64,000 nucleotides of DNA from Lama guanicoe (GCA_013239625.1 MU054323.1:4256214-4320213), one strand, 5' to 3'; shown: positions 1 to 12,776, numbered from the stretch's first letter. Made by a program: numbers and translations. Notes: generated by a model not told the origin, from the letters alone.

Positions 1-624
1 AATGTGGGAAACCATATTTTCCCCCTTACCAGGAGGCCTCTTGGAACCAGACACAGCTTCCCTCAGGAAGAATATGGGTGCAGTAAATCTCAGAAGGTGC
101 ACAGATGTTCACACACCAATGGGCCGTAGAAGCACCTAAAATCTCAGGATACATTTATTTCACAATTCTGTTAGAAGGAAAACCCCGCTAAAAGCCACAA
201 GCATCAGAACCGAGCAAACTCAGGCTTATGGGCTATGATTATACTGAGGGTAATAGGATAATGAGAATGCTCCCAGTGCTCACCAGTGACCTTGCTTTAC
301 TTCAGACAGTGTGAAATGAACCAGTCTTCTGTCAAACCTCCTATTAGAAATGACTAACACTCTTGAATAAAGAGTGACAACCCATCATTGAGCCAGGAAG
401 AATGTTAGGATTCATCGTAGGCCAAAAACTCAGTGAAAGCAGGAACTCGAGGACTGGGAAATCACTGAATACAGCTTTTTATTTTCCCTTGAGGCCATTT
501 GCTGGCTCCTGGACGCAATGAGCTTCAGTTTTCAAGGGTGGGACAGGGATCTAATATTAGAGGCCAGATCTCAAGGACTGTAATCTCAGAAGAGGTTCTA
601 ACGCACCATCAAAGTCTTTACCAA

Positions 625-786
625 TTATGTTTATTTTCTGTCTCCCCAGTGTAGGCTGAACCACTTGAAACCATTTTTGATTCAGTATAATAGGATGCCA
701 TAGAGATTTCTGCCCACAGCTGTCTGTCTAATAACTAAAATAATATCTGGTACGTAGTAGGTTTTTTGATGGAATGAATGAATGAA
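625..786 (+). mobile_element. L2 LINE 3' end fragment
   Basis: tctggtacgtagtagg...gaatgaatgaatgaa, the typical L2 tail. Confidence 0.6.
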
Positions 787-2286
787 ATTAAGTTGTAAAC
801 CAATCATTAAAAGATAAATCACTCCAGATGAGAGTTTAAACAATGTACCCAAACAACCCATAAGTAAAAGAAGAATTCACAATGAAAATGAAAGGAAACC
901 TAAATTTGGAACCTGCCAGGAATAGGAGAGAGCAAAAGGGGATCACGAGTGGTCTCTTGGCGTTGCCTTAGTGGGGTTTGACCAGCCAGCTGAGTAAACA
1001 TGTTGACTGCTCCAGTCTCCACTTCATCCTTCCTAGCTGTTATTTGCCAGCTTGAAATTTCTGGCGTTCATTCCCATCTGATTAACAAAGATATTGAAAA
1101 CTAAAAACTCAAGTCTCTTCACTGTTTATAACCAAATGCAATGCACAGATTAGTATTTATGGGAGAGATATGGAATACAAATTAAAAGCCCTATGATGTG
1201 GAGCTCAGAAGCCCTCCTTTCAAAAGTTACCCAAGATTATGTGAAGCTTTCTCACTACCCTGTCTCTTTCATATTTAATCAGATTTTGAGATTAGAGATG
1301 CAATTTCCTTTTGTGTCTAGGGAGGTTTATCAGGATGCTGCACACTACTGTTAACATAATACTCCTCCCCGCCCTGAGGTTATAGAACTGAAAGCGTCTA
1401 TCATATAATTATTCATTAAAAAAGAAAATTATTTACTTTCTTGGTTTAATGAACAAAAAAATTCTGTGAAGTTACATCTCTGTGGGTGAGGTTCAAAAAT
1501 TGATGAGTCAGGTGAAAGTCATGTATACTAGTTAAAATTATACATGCATATCTTTCATACTATCCATAAATTAAAACATACAAGGTTTTAAATGTACAAT
1601 CCTACATGGTATTTTTTGTGTACCTGGTGGGAACCAATGGGTTAACCAAAGATAGAAGTGAGAGACAAGCATATTAGTCAGTGTCCAGCTTTTTAAACCC
1701 CCTGCCTTTAACAAAACTGTCAGATTCATAGCGATGACTATGGGGAAGGCTGAGAAACCTAAAGTGTTTCTGCTTCTTGAAGGGGTGATTCCATTGTGCC
1801 TGAAGAGCAGGTCTCACTGTTGTACGACACATTCATGTGTTTGTTCATGTTGGGAATGATGTGTTATGTCTTACTTACTGTAAGTGGCTACAACTCTGTT
1901 ATTTATGCAATCTGAACATTAGGTACTAAATAAGGATTCAAGTTAGGGGCTAAATCATTTACATATTGGACATGCACTCCTAGATTGCCTCCTTCCAAGA
2001 AAAAGTATGGCTCTAAGAGGTATGAGCAAACCTTCTGGCTCCTGGGAAAGTGGTGTGAAATCCAAGTTGAGGGTTTGCATCAGCTTTGCCGTAAGGATGG
2101 CAATCTGGTGTAACGAAGGTCTGTTCAGACCAGACGTGGCTTGAGTCAGTGTTCCAGCTTTGCCTATGATTAGTGTCCATTGCTTTAGGTACTCTTAATC
2201 CCAGGTATGTTAGAGATGGTAACCTCCTCTAGAGTTCCTCCTCGCTCCCCACTCCTGCTGGCACAGGGAGACTGAGAATGGGCCCA

Positions 2287-3076
2287 CAGGGGGCTTTATG
2301 AAGACTATGAAGCTTCACTTGGGGTTCCACACTTGTACAAGTCCTTTCCACGGTCTGGGGAGGGATCTTGGCAGTATGTTCAAATGGTTCTTTTTGTAAA
2401 AATTTATGAAATTGAGCTATTTTAACTATTACCAGTTAAGGCTACTCTTTCTTTCTCCCCAACTTTTCCAACATGTCTTGTTTTGTTGTTGGTGGAGCAG
2501 CTGTACACAGTTTTGCGACCCGGCTAAGGGGAAACTGCCTTGAGGTGCCAGTGAGTTGGGGTTTTGTAGTTGACAGTCCCTTTTTTGCAGAAGTGAGTTG
2601 TAGTTGGCTGTCATGTTGTAGGAGTGGCTTCCGGGATTCTCCTACCACCTGCTGAGATGACCTGCCTGGTGTTGTCAGAGGATGCAAGGCCAGAGGCAGT
2701 GCTGCCTTGTGAGTGTGCCTCCCACCCTTGGAGTGGGAATTGTAGGAGAAACCTGCAGAAAAAGACTGACTTCATTCTCTTCTCTGCCTTGAAAGTGATG
2801 TTATAAAATTGTTGGCATACACAGCCAAAAATGTAGGAAAACATACCAAAAAACTATGATAGGCAGTTACCTAATGCAGATATGTTATTTTTCTTGATTT
2901 TATGATATTATGCTATTTATCAGTTTTCTATGATGTGCATATTGTGATTTAGTTTGTCTTTGTAACTAAATGTTTTTTTTCATATAAAATTTTGGTTTTG
3001 CAACTCTGCGTTCCTTTCTAAAGCAGACCCTTAAAATTGCGTAAGTTTCAGACCTCATTAAACCTGCTCCTCCCTG
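2287..3076 (+). mobile_element. Arthur1B (MER69B)-like hAT-Tip100 DNA transposon
   Basis: Start cagggggc...gaagactatgaagcttca; internal ccggctaaggggaa and gtaggagtggcttccgggattctcctacc; end aaaattgcgtaagtttcagacctcattaaacctgctcctccctg. All resemble the recalled consensus. CAGGG...CCCTG termini. Confidence 0.75.
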
Positions 3077-3484
3077 CTAAGGACTCTTAAGCAGAGAATA
3101 TGACTCTTGTACCACCAAAGCTCACCTTGCTTGTTTAGGCCACTACTCCATTGTGTGGACTGATGTCTCAGGAGGTTCAGAGGACACTAGTCTTTGAAAG
3201 GCTGCTGGAAATTGAGCACAGGTGGCTATGCCCAGAGCTGGGCAGCATATGGAGTCTGGCATCTGATCGTTCACAGAAAGCCCTGTGTTTGTACAGAGAA
3301 GAATAAAGAATGGCCAGTGTGCAGACCAGGCAAAGGAGGCTGTTTTCTTTGCTGTTTGTTAGGAAAGAAGGTAGGCTTCTCATTCCTGGATGGCTTGTGG
3401 CTTGTGTGACCCAGAAGGTGGCAAATTCAGACAGAAGCTCTTGCCCAAAATAAACACAGTCTTCGAAGCCATCACTAAGGAGAA

Positions 3485-3680
3485 GCACTGCTAGTCTGTG
3501 AGTCAAAAGGTCTTACTTGTCACTCCCTGGTGAAGATGTTTCTACCTCTCTGTGCCTCGGACTGTTCTGTAAAATGGGGATTGTGGGCCTTTGCTAGGCT
3601 GTGTTAGAGGACTTATTACATCATGCTGGCCATAGAGCCATGGGAACATGTAATGTACCGAGCAAATGTAAGAACTGTGA
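3485..3680 (+). mobile_element. MIR SINE
   Basis: Core ctctctgtgcctcggactgttctgtaaaatgggga. Confidence 0.7.
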
Positions 3681-4744
3681 TGAATGTAAGAAAATATTAA
3701 GGGTAAAAATCAATATTGTCATTTAGCTAAACTTTCAGAAAATCTTTTCCCGGACTAGCTGTAGGCTGCTACAGAGGGATCCTGATCAATTAAGGTCAGG
3801 GAGGCTTGAAAGATGTGGATTTCTATAATAATGCAGCTTAATTCACAGGGGCCAATTTGTTCAAGCCTAGACATGTTTGTCAGTATAATTGAAAGGAGCA
3901 TGATCAGACCATGCGGTGCCCCAGCCAGCAGCAGACCCAGGGGACTGTGCTCTCACTGTGCCTGGGGACCTCGTGGGCTACCTGGTCCCTGGCGGGCAGG
4001 AAGACAGAAGAGAGGTAAGCGTCTTGCTTTCGGGCTGCCCATTAATCAACATCACTTCCCTCATTAATATAAAGGCGTTCTCAGCTGCACATTTTGAGGA
4101 GCTTCCAACAATTCATTTTTCCTTCTGGTTACAGTAAAAAACAGCCTTCGTAATGAGGAGGAGAGCTGTGTTCTTTATAAAGCTAAATATTAATTCTTCT
4201 TTCAGTTCGTCATTTACATATCTCTCAAATTGGTTTCACTTTTTCAATTTACACTGCTGAAGCCCCATGGCCCGAAGATACACAATTAACACCATTTCCT
4301 TGGTGAGGGTCAGAGTGCTTGCTTTGTAGGCTCAGGTTTTGCTCAAGACAGTAGTTGAAGGTACATGAGAAATGGAAATTTAATTGGCATAACTAGGAGG
4401 ATCTCCGTGCTGGGCTGAGGATGAGAGATGAATGGCCATGGTCTTCAGTCAGCCATTTCTGCCCACACTGTTTTGGTCGGGGGTGTCCCACTCACAGAGG
4501 GAAGCAGTCCTGCACTCCTCCTTGAGAGACTAGGGAAGGGTTTGGCTCTTTTATCTGAGGATTATGGAACCCAGTGACCACTCAGGGTGTCTTCTTGTCA
4601 GAACTAATGATCTCCAGGTGTTAATAGATCTTCTTCTAAGTTTATAGATCACTTGCTCGAAAACCTTACCTGCTGTTAGAACACATGAACTGTATCCATC
4701 CCCTAGACCTCCCTCCCTCCCTCCCCTCTTCTCTGCCTCCCTCC

Positions 4745-4950
4745 TTCCCGTCCATGTTGAGCACCTGTTGAGTTAGTATATATTTGACACTGTGCTGGAT
4801 GCTGGAAATACTATGGTGAAGAAGAGAGTCTAGTGGGGGAGACAGATGAGCATGAGCAACTTTAGTGCAGTCAGATAACCACCTCCACAGGAGAAAAGGC
4901 AGGGCTCTGTGGTGCAAGGAGGAGTCAGGCAGGCGGGGATGCGTCTTTCC
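4745..4950 (-). mobile_element. L2 3' fragment preceded by a (CCCT)n-like tract
   Basis: gttgagcacct...gacactgtgctggatgctgga...agtctagtgggggagacaga. Confidence 0.6.
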
Positions 4951-4973
4951 TCTGAAATCTTTCAGCACTGAGG

Positions 4974-5026
4974 TTTTTTTTTTTTTTTTGGTTCTTTTTG
5001 TTTTTGTTTTGTTTGGTTTTGTTTTT
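4974..5026. repeat. poly-T / (TTTTG)n low-complexity tract
   Basis: Directly visible. Confidence 0.9.
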
Positions 5027-5597
5027 GAAAAAAATCTCTTGTAGAGTTATTTAGCTGAGAGGTGTCTGTGATTTGGGGTTTAGGTAGGCCCGATGAAATA
5101 TTCCAGTGTTCATTTTTCTTACCTATAAAACAGAATAGCAACAAAACCTGAGTGCAGTCATGAGATGTGCTTAAAATCCCAAACCCAGCACATGCCTCCC
5201 GAGACAAGTGGCATCACACAGGGACCTGGCAGCTACTGGACCTTTGTCTGTAAGTGACAGTTTATGCCACAGAATTATCTCCTGGATCTTCGGGGACTTG
5301 GAAGACCTTCCTGGAAAGCCAAAGCATAAACAGATACACGGTACCGGATTCTTCTTAAGACTGCTGCGTGGCTATATGTCCGTCCAGGAATGCCATCTGG
5401 AGTCACGTGAGGTTAGGAAGCTGAGCAGGGTCAGCTCTTCTTTTTGAGTGGATGAGGGGAATCAAAGTCAAAATAGTGCATCTTCAAGACTGGTGGTTCT
5501 CTTACATTTTTTTTTCTTTCAATCACCTGGAATGTGCATTTGGAGTTTTTCACTTGGCATCAGGCTTAGTGCATAACACGTCTTTTCTGCAAGAGAG

Positions 5598-5828
5598 GGT
5601 GTCTTAGTGGCGAGAGTGCTGGGTCTAAGTGTGGACAGAACCATGTTCACTTTCTGAAACTGAACTCTTCTAGCCGTGTAAACTTGCGCAGGTCCCTTCC
5701 TGTCTCCAAAACTGAGTTTTCTCATCTCTCAAACAGAGATAATTACATGATGATCTTAGAGAGATTTTGTGGCTACTAAATTCTCTTGGCAGATTTTAAA
5801 TGTGTAATAAATATTAGCTGTTGTTATA
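5598..5828 (+). mobile_element. MIR SINE
   Basis: tagtggcgagagtgctgggtct...ctgagttttctcatctctcaaacagagataat...aaatattagctgttgttat. Confidence 0.7.
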
Positions 5829-7031
5829 GAATGCCAGCCGTATGCACACGTTAACCAAGTCACGGTGCCTACAGCTTCCATGCTGCATTATGACGAAGCT
5901 CCTTGGCAAACTTTATCTTCTTCAGGGTGTTTGCCAGGTACGTTAATTGGCATGGTGACCACTTGTAGAAGACACCCATGGGGCTGTCCCGTTAGCCCCC
6001 CTTTTCTAGTAACTGCTTTTTCCTTGCTCATCCTTAATGTGTCTGTAGGAGCCGCTCTGCTAGTAGTGATTCTGTTCCTTAGACACTGATCCAAGGTTTG
6101 GACTTGAGGCCTGGAGAGTTGGGTCAAGTGTTTTTCTCTGTGCTGTAGCAGTAAGATCGAGAGCTCAGGGGATATGAGTGGACACGTTCTTTTCCACGAG
6201 GACCTGAGAAGCAGAACTGGTCTGGAGAGAGATAAGGAAAGAAACAGAATGGAAGAAAGGAAAAAAGAAAAAGAAAGAAAGGTGTATTGGTTGTGCAGAG
6301 AGGACTGGAAATATGAGCTGGAGAAGGAATCCTGAGTGATACCTTGTTCTGTTAATTCCTGAGATCCAGCCACATTCCTAGGCCTGAGTTCCTTGAGATG
6401 GTTCAACAGTATTTGAATAATTAATCTCTACTGTTACCTAAGATATTGAAAGTTGGGTTTTGTCCCTTTCAAGCCCAAAACTTCTCAGTAATACCTCCTT
6501 CCACAAATGTTACACCAGGGAGGGTGCCCAGCATGGGTACCTAGCAGATATGACAGATATTATACCCACCTGGGCTCTCAACATGGTCGGTCATCATCAT
6601 CACACTCACAGCAGAAGATGTATAAATGAGTCTGCATGTTGCTGCTCTTTCTCTGTGTTGGTTCCCTCAGAATGAAGTAACAAAGGTAGGTGCCTCAGTG
6701 TTGAGGTAGTCAGAGCTAGTCTGGGCTTAAGGATAAGAGAAGCTCAAATGGTGATGCTGCTGCAGAAATGGGCAGTTCCTAATAGGGGATCCCAGGAAAT
6801 TCACAGACCAAGGGCACAAAAAGGAAAGGCTGAGTGGAGCAGAGCCCCTCAGGGATCTGCCTGTCCCTTCCGAGTTTTGGCGGAGCTACAGTCCTTCAGT
6901 GCTGCCAAGGCCTCTTATTACAGGGAAGGGCGTCCAGGAAGAAGGCTCACCAGGGTCCTGTGCTTCAGAGAACCCCTGTTACCATCCCTATACCTTCAGA
7001 GCCACAAGGCTGTGAACCTTCACCACCCGGA

Positions 7032-7290
7032 GAGGCAGGATAACATGGCGGATAAAAGCACAGATTCCAGAGGCAGGCTACCTGGGTTCGAATCCTGGCT
7101 CTGTTGTGTGTGCCCCTGGGCAAGTTAGTTATCCTCTGTTCTTCAGTTTCTTCCTCTGTAAGATGAACATAAAACAATTATCTACCTCAGAGGTCTGTAA
7201 GGGGAGTAAATGGGTTAATGCATGAAAAACATTTAGAACAGAGTTTGGCACATGGTAAGCATAATATAAATATTATCATTATTACCACTG
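7032..7290 (+). mobile_element. MIR SINE, near full length
   Basis: B-box cctgggttcgaatcctggctct; core tcagtttcttcctctgtaagatg; tail ttagaacagagtttggcacatggtaagc. Confidence 0.9.
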
Positions 7291-8150
7291 CTGCCACTTG
7301 CTACTGCCGTTGCCACCGCCAACTCGAGGAGACCACAGTCCACACAGGGGGCAGCACTGGAACTTGTAAAATGCTAAACAATAAAGTAGAAAAGAGTTGG
7401 CAGAGTCAGCTCCAAAGGAATGGCACTCACCCTGAGGACTGTGGGAATGGAGCAGAAGCATGAGGAAGACCCTCGTCTTGTTTGGAGGGGTCCTTAGGGT
7501 TCTTTCTGACCCACATCTGACAAGACACAGGAACCTAATTATTGATATCTCTGAAATACAGTTATTTGACATACCTTTGCATGCTTCTCATGGGGAACTC
7601 ACTTTGACTTGTGGTCTTAGTAAGTGGCTTTGTCAGCTACTAAGTCACATAAACTTGGAATCTACATCCAAAGAATCTAAGCTGACCATTACCTTTTCTT
7701 CTCCCTTATAACATCTCTTTGCCCTTTATTCATTTAAGTCTTAGCACTCTCCCTGACCCCACCCCAAATGCAAGGTGACCTGGACTTACTGGGAGGGATG
7801 TGGTTCCTGAAAACCATGCATAGCTGGGAACTTGCTTAAGTTAAGACTAACCCTTTAAAAAGGCATTTCTGTTTACCAGCTAAAGTGCCACTGCCTTGTG
7901 GTTAGAGTGTAAACACAACTTCGATACATTTGGCCAGTTTTGAAAGAACCAAGTTTCAATGCATTTTACATTCAGGGAATTCACATTATTGCAAAATATC
8001 TATAGAAAACAAAACTTTATCAACATTTTTTTATATCACACTTTCAAATCTGTGTAATTTGAATTTACTTAAAATAGCTCTCAAATCTCTCTTTCTCCAC
8101 ATCACCTCTGCCTCTCCTTTTTAGTACAGACACTCATCACCTCTTTCTGG

Positions 8151-8214
8151 ATTTTTATTTTATATTGTGATTATAGTGTCTATTTTTATTTTATATTGTG
8201 ATTATAGTGTCTAT
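8151..8214. repeat. Perfect 31-bp tandem duplication
   Basis: atttttattttatattgtgattatagtgtct at 8151-8181 and again at 8182-8212. Confidence 0.95.
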
Positions 8215-8310
8215 ATGTCTATATCCCTATCACTCTGTGAATTTAAGAGTGAGGAAGAGTCTCTCTTTATCTTTTTGCTCTGTCTCCCTTTTTACTTGGG
8301 ACATTTCCCC

Positions 8311-8357
8311 TGTACATACACACACACGCACATACAGAAACACACACACATACACAT
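8311..8357. repeat. Imperfect (CA)n microsatellite
   Basis: tacatacacacacacgcacatacagaaacacacacacatacacat. Confidence 0.85.
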
Positions 8358-8369
8358 AGTAACTGAAAA

Positions 8370-8562
8370 TATTACCTCATTCAATCTTCCTGGCAATTCT
8401 AGGAAGTAGATAGATATTACCTTCATTTTTCAAATTAATATATTGAGGCTTAGGGAGGTTAATAAAATTATGTAATGTTACAAAATTCATAAGTGATAGA
8501 GCTAACATTTTAACCCAAGCCTCTCTGACTCCAAAGTCCATATTCCTCTTTATACCACGTCT
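8370..8562 (-). mobile_element. MIR SINE
   Basis: attgaggcttagggaggttaa...taagtgatagagctaacattttaacccaagcctctctgactccaaagtcc. Confidence 0.8.
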
Positions 8563-9009
8563 AATAAGGACTATTCCCAGTACTTCCCTTGCCCGTTTTA
8601 GTTTTCTTTGGGACAGACTGTGTCCCTTTACTCTTTATTTTGGTAGCACTAGCATAGTAATCTACAGCCACATGTAGGCTGGCGTTCAAGAAAACTGGTA
8701 GCTGATGGATTGGTTATTCCTGAAGCAGAACATAGGACTGGGGGGAGTGAGGAGTGCTTAGAAATGGAGCAGCTGGTTCAGAAGTGATTGTGGTTAGATG
8801 CACATGCCTATCTTTTAAAGTAATGCTGTTGTCAGGGCCCTGAGTCCTACCAAGCCTAATTCACGTCCTGTGTTACTATATGAGTCAGACTGAAAGTCCT
8901 TAAGACCTGGCCTTGACTCTGATGTTCACTCAGCTGCCTGGTTAGGTGTTGGCCTTAGTAACTGATTTTGGGATGATGATCAAAAGGAAGAATAAGAAAC
9001 CACACCCTG

Positions 9010-9460
9010 GAGCCCTGGGCCACGCCCACTCCTCCTTTCCTCCCTCACCCCTGCTCAGATGCTGGAACACGTTTTGCTTCTCAAAGTCAGGACATTCACT
9101 CCCATCTCAGGGCTTATGTGCCAGCGGCAACCTGTCTGCAACATTCGTCCTATTTTCTTTGCCTGTCCATTCCTCTTCATCATGTGGGCCCCAGTCTAAG
9201 TGTCTCTTATTTACAGAGGTGCTTTCTGATTCTCTAGAGGGGGTTAAGGATTCCTGACAAGATTTTGCTGAAACAATCCTTTGTACTTAATGCCAGGTGT
9301 TAGTTACATAATTATCCCACAAGCATTTGATGCCTTTTTTGCACATCAGACTGTAGACTACTTGAGGGCAGGGACTGTGTCCATGTCACCCATCATTCAT
9401 GTCTGGCACCGAGTACAGAGCAGGTGCTTGATAAATGTTGACTGATGGGTAGATGAACTG
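9010..9460 (+). mobile_element. L2 3' region
   Basis: agactgtagactacttgagggcagggactgtgtc...caggtgcttgataaatgttgactgatg. Confidence 0.75.
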
Positions 9461-10014
9461 ATCGATGATGACATAATCATCTCCGGGCTTCTCCCCACTT
9501 AGAAGGAAATGAAGAGGGAGGAAAAGAGATGACTTTCAGTTTCACCTGGAGAACGTAATGTTTCAATAAGGAAGAAGAGATTTCATTTTCTGGGCTGATA
9601 TTTTCAGAATGTTTGTCATTTAAATTCTCACTTTATTTGCCAGTACCACTTATATTCCTGTAAGAATGAAATTGGATAAATACCTCTCAGAGTGACCCAA
9701 GGTGACCTGCAGGCTTGGGCAGCCTGAGCTTGCAGAAGGCGAGCGGTCTCCAGGCATCAGGAGGGGGAGACCAGCGTGCCTGTGTTTGAATTGCCACTTT
9801 CCCCTTCTCTGTGATCTTTGAAAATCAGACGCAAATCTGAGAATAACATTCATCTTCGGTTCTGGAATGTGATGAGTTTCAGGTCTTACACAGTGAACAC
9901 AGTGAGGGCCTAAGTTAAATTAAAACCTCTCTCCTTACACTCAACGTGTTTACAGGTTTATAGGGCTTGTTCACTTTCCGTCTTTTAAAATGAAAAGGGC
10001 AGTTCATGCTCACA

Positions 10015-10560
10015 GTAAAAATATTATTGGGCACTGTGTGTGAGGAGCCTGGCTGGTGTGGAGCATGACAGAGAGCCCTGAGGAGCTCTTAGATTCTCAT
10101 TAGAGAGTCTGGAATGACACAGAATTTAACATTTAAATGGACTGAGCATATTATTTATCTTCCCGACCTGGGGTAGTTGTGAGAGTAAACAGGGGTGTTA
10201 TTAATTATTAATCTGAACAAACCCGTGTAAACCGGTACCGTCTGGGCTGAACCTGGAATATGTTCATCCTATATTTAATAACACTTTGAAAGAACAATGA
10301 CATGGGTGTCTTGTGCAGTACATGACTCACTGCCAAGTGAATTTTACAGTGTATAACTACTCTAGAAATTCAGAAAAGGAAGGGGGTGGTATCACAGCTT
10401 AGCACCAGTGGTTAGGGAAGGCTGCAGCCGGAAGCTGTAATCTGAGCTGCGTTTGGAAGGATGGCCAGCATGTGCAGACAGGTAAGGGGAGAAGACTGGC
10501 CCTTGTGAGTGCAAATGCAGACAGGTTTTTCAGGAGTTAACTGATTGATTTAGATTATTT
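10015..10560 (-). mobile_element. L2 fragments flanking MER94
   Basis: tattattgggcactgtgtgtgagg... and agggaaggctgcagccggaagctgtaatctgagctgcgtttggaaggatg. Confidence 0.55.
10138..10271 (+). mobile_element. MER94 (hAT-Blackjack) MITE
   Basis: gagagtaaacaggggtgttattaattatt...gtaaaccggtaccgtctgggctgaacctggaatatgttcatccta resembles MER94. Confidence 0.7.
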
Positions 10561-10732
10561 AGCCTAGAGTAAAATATGTGAAAATTATCAATATTTTAAG
10601 AGAGGAGAAATAGGTGTCAACACCCCTGCTTTCTGGCCCTGCTCACTGAAATTCTCCAACCTCTCGGTGATCGCAAACCCTGCAAGGCTGAACCTGGAAG
10701 GGCTGATGAGGCGGTATCCCAGTGATACAGGT

Positions 10733-10831
10733 CTTTCTCCTTCTCTGCCTCCTTCTCCTCCTATTCCTTCTCTTTCTCTTCACTCTCCCTTCCCTGCCCC
10801 CTCTCCCCTCCTCTTTTCACTCTCCTTCTCT
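10733..10831. repeat. About 100-nt CT-rich polypyrimidine tract
   Basis: Almost purine-free tract ending ...ccttctctag. Confidence 0.9.
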
Positions 10832-11824
10832 AGGCCTGTATACCACACTCTCCTGCATACACTCCATCCTCTTTCCTCCCTGGTCCTGGGGACCGAGTCC
10901 TGAACAGCACCAACCAGGTCATTCTGGACTATCAGGGCCATCATTTGAAAATGAGAAGCTGGACTCTGGAGGCTGGGGTGACTGATTGCCTCCTGTCCAG
11001 GGAACGTTATCTCCTCTCGGCTCCTGAAACTCCCTCAGTAGCAGTGTTCTCTTCAGCAGGAAAACTGATGCCTAAAGCCCCAACTGGGGCACTTCCAACA
11101 AAGGACACATTTTTGTCTCTTTCTCATCTCTGAGCCAAGACTTACTATCCCGCCTAGAAGAGAGATTGCGGTCATTTTTCAAGAGGGTTTCTTTTAAGAC
11201 AACCAGGTTGCCGAGCGTCATTGCTTTGGTCCTGTCTGGAGAGCTTGACCGTTTACAACTGGGAACTGCAGCTCGCCCGGTCAGGGGGGCTCAGAAGGAG
11301 TTGTGTTCCAGGTGGACGTGAGCTCCGACGGGCTTCCTCGGAGCCTCCAGGACTCTTCCCCGTTAATACAGGCAGGAGCGCAGGCTATTTGAGTGCATTA
11401 GTACTGGATTTTTATTTTTTATCCTGATGAAAAATGTATAATTTTTAAAGTATAAAATAATGTTTCATAATTTATAAGAGATTTGTGTGCTTTTCATAGT
11501 TATCATATTTGCAGACATTTTTCTTCCTCTGGGAAGTTACAGGCGATACTGTCTCCCCTACCCCCTCCCCTGCCTTTGCTCTATCAGTGTTGGCTTCCTT
11601 GACAGAAGGCCTGCAGCAGTGTGCCCATCACTGCAAGCTGCAGGAGAGCGTGGAGAACCAGGAGAAAGGGCAGTAGGGAGACAGAGAAAGAAGTCATTTT
11701 TAAACCAGAACTGTGGATAGCTCCGTATTCCTTCTGGTGGGCAGAGAAGGAGGCTAGAGGTTTTCAGGAAAATTCTACCTATGGAGATATTGGGAAGAAC
11801 TATGGGCCCCCATGAGGTAAGAAA

Positions 11825-12262
11825 TAGGAATATTAATGAGCCACCAGAAAGAAGAAAACCCTGCTACTTATGACAACATGGATGGATTTTGAGGGACTAT
11901 GCTAAGTGAAATAAGTTAGGCAGAGAAAGACAAATACAGTGTGATATCACTTACACGAGGAATGTAGGGAGCTCTATTGCTTATAGAAACACAGAGTAGA
12001 ATGCTGGCACCAGGGGCTGGGGTGGTGTTGGTCCAAGGGTACAAACTTCCAGTTATAACATGAATAATTTCTGGGGATCTAATGTACATCATGGTGCTTC
12101 TTGTTAATAATATACTGTATTATACACTTGAAAGTTGCTAAGAGAGTAGATCTCAAATGTTCTTACCACAAAAAAGAAATGATAATTGTGTGGCTTCATG
12201 GACATATTAGCTAACACTATGGTGGTAATCAGTTTGCAATATATAAGTATATTAAATCAAAC
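11825..12262 (+). mobile_element. L1MA9-like LINE-1 3' UTR
   Basis: gacaacatggatggattttgagggactatgctaagtgaaataag...cacttgaaagttgctaagagagtagatct...ggtggtaatcagtttgcaatatataag. Confidence 0.85.
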
Positions 12263-12720
12263 CGATTTTATTTGAATTCCTAAGGACAAGACGTTTCCAC
12301 TGATTTCTCGTTCACAGGGATCCCTGGGAGACTCCTGAATGAGCTGGCTGTGGCTCTAGACATGGGGTCTAGCCTCACGTCTCTCCCTTATAACCTCCCC
12401 TTTCCTCACTTCACTGGAGGCACCTGCTTTCTTCTTTGAGTGAAGGGTGTTCTTCTGGGAAGGAGGCGTAGTTACAGATGTGGTTTGCTTTCATGGTTCG
12501 CTATTTTACAGCGTCTGGCTGCTTTTGATCAGAGCCCCATTTTCTGGCCTTTTTTCCCCGTCTCTCACTCTCTTTTAAATCAAAGTTACTGTCACATTGC
12601 TCCGGAGAACAGAATAGTTACAAAATGTGTGCTAAATAACTGATTAATAATTTAAAGCAAATTCCCATTTAATGACCATTTGCAAGGCTTTTTGTTAACC
12701 ACTGTAGAGGGGAAATAAAT

Positions 12721-12775
12721 GGTAGTTTTCAACCAAGACTATGCATTGGAATCCTGAGGAACTTCTAATAAAATA
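12721..12775 (+). mobile_element. MER5A left part, interrupted by L1MB
   Basis: gtagttttcaaccaagactatgcattggaatcctgaggaactt. Confidence 0.6.
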
Positions 12776-12776
12776 G

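Noticed and set aside
5888..6406. 172-aa minus-strand ORF
   Set aside because: Non-ATG start, spans a purine-rich low-complexity tract, no protein similarity recognised
7770..7860. Possible Tigger-type DNA transposon end
   Set aside because: Similarity too weak to assign from memory
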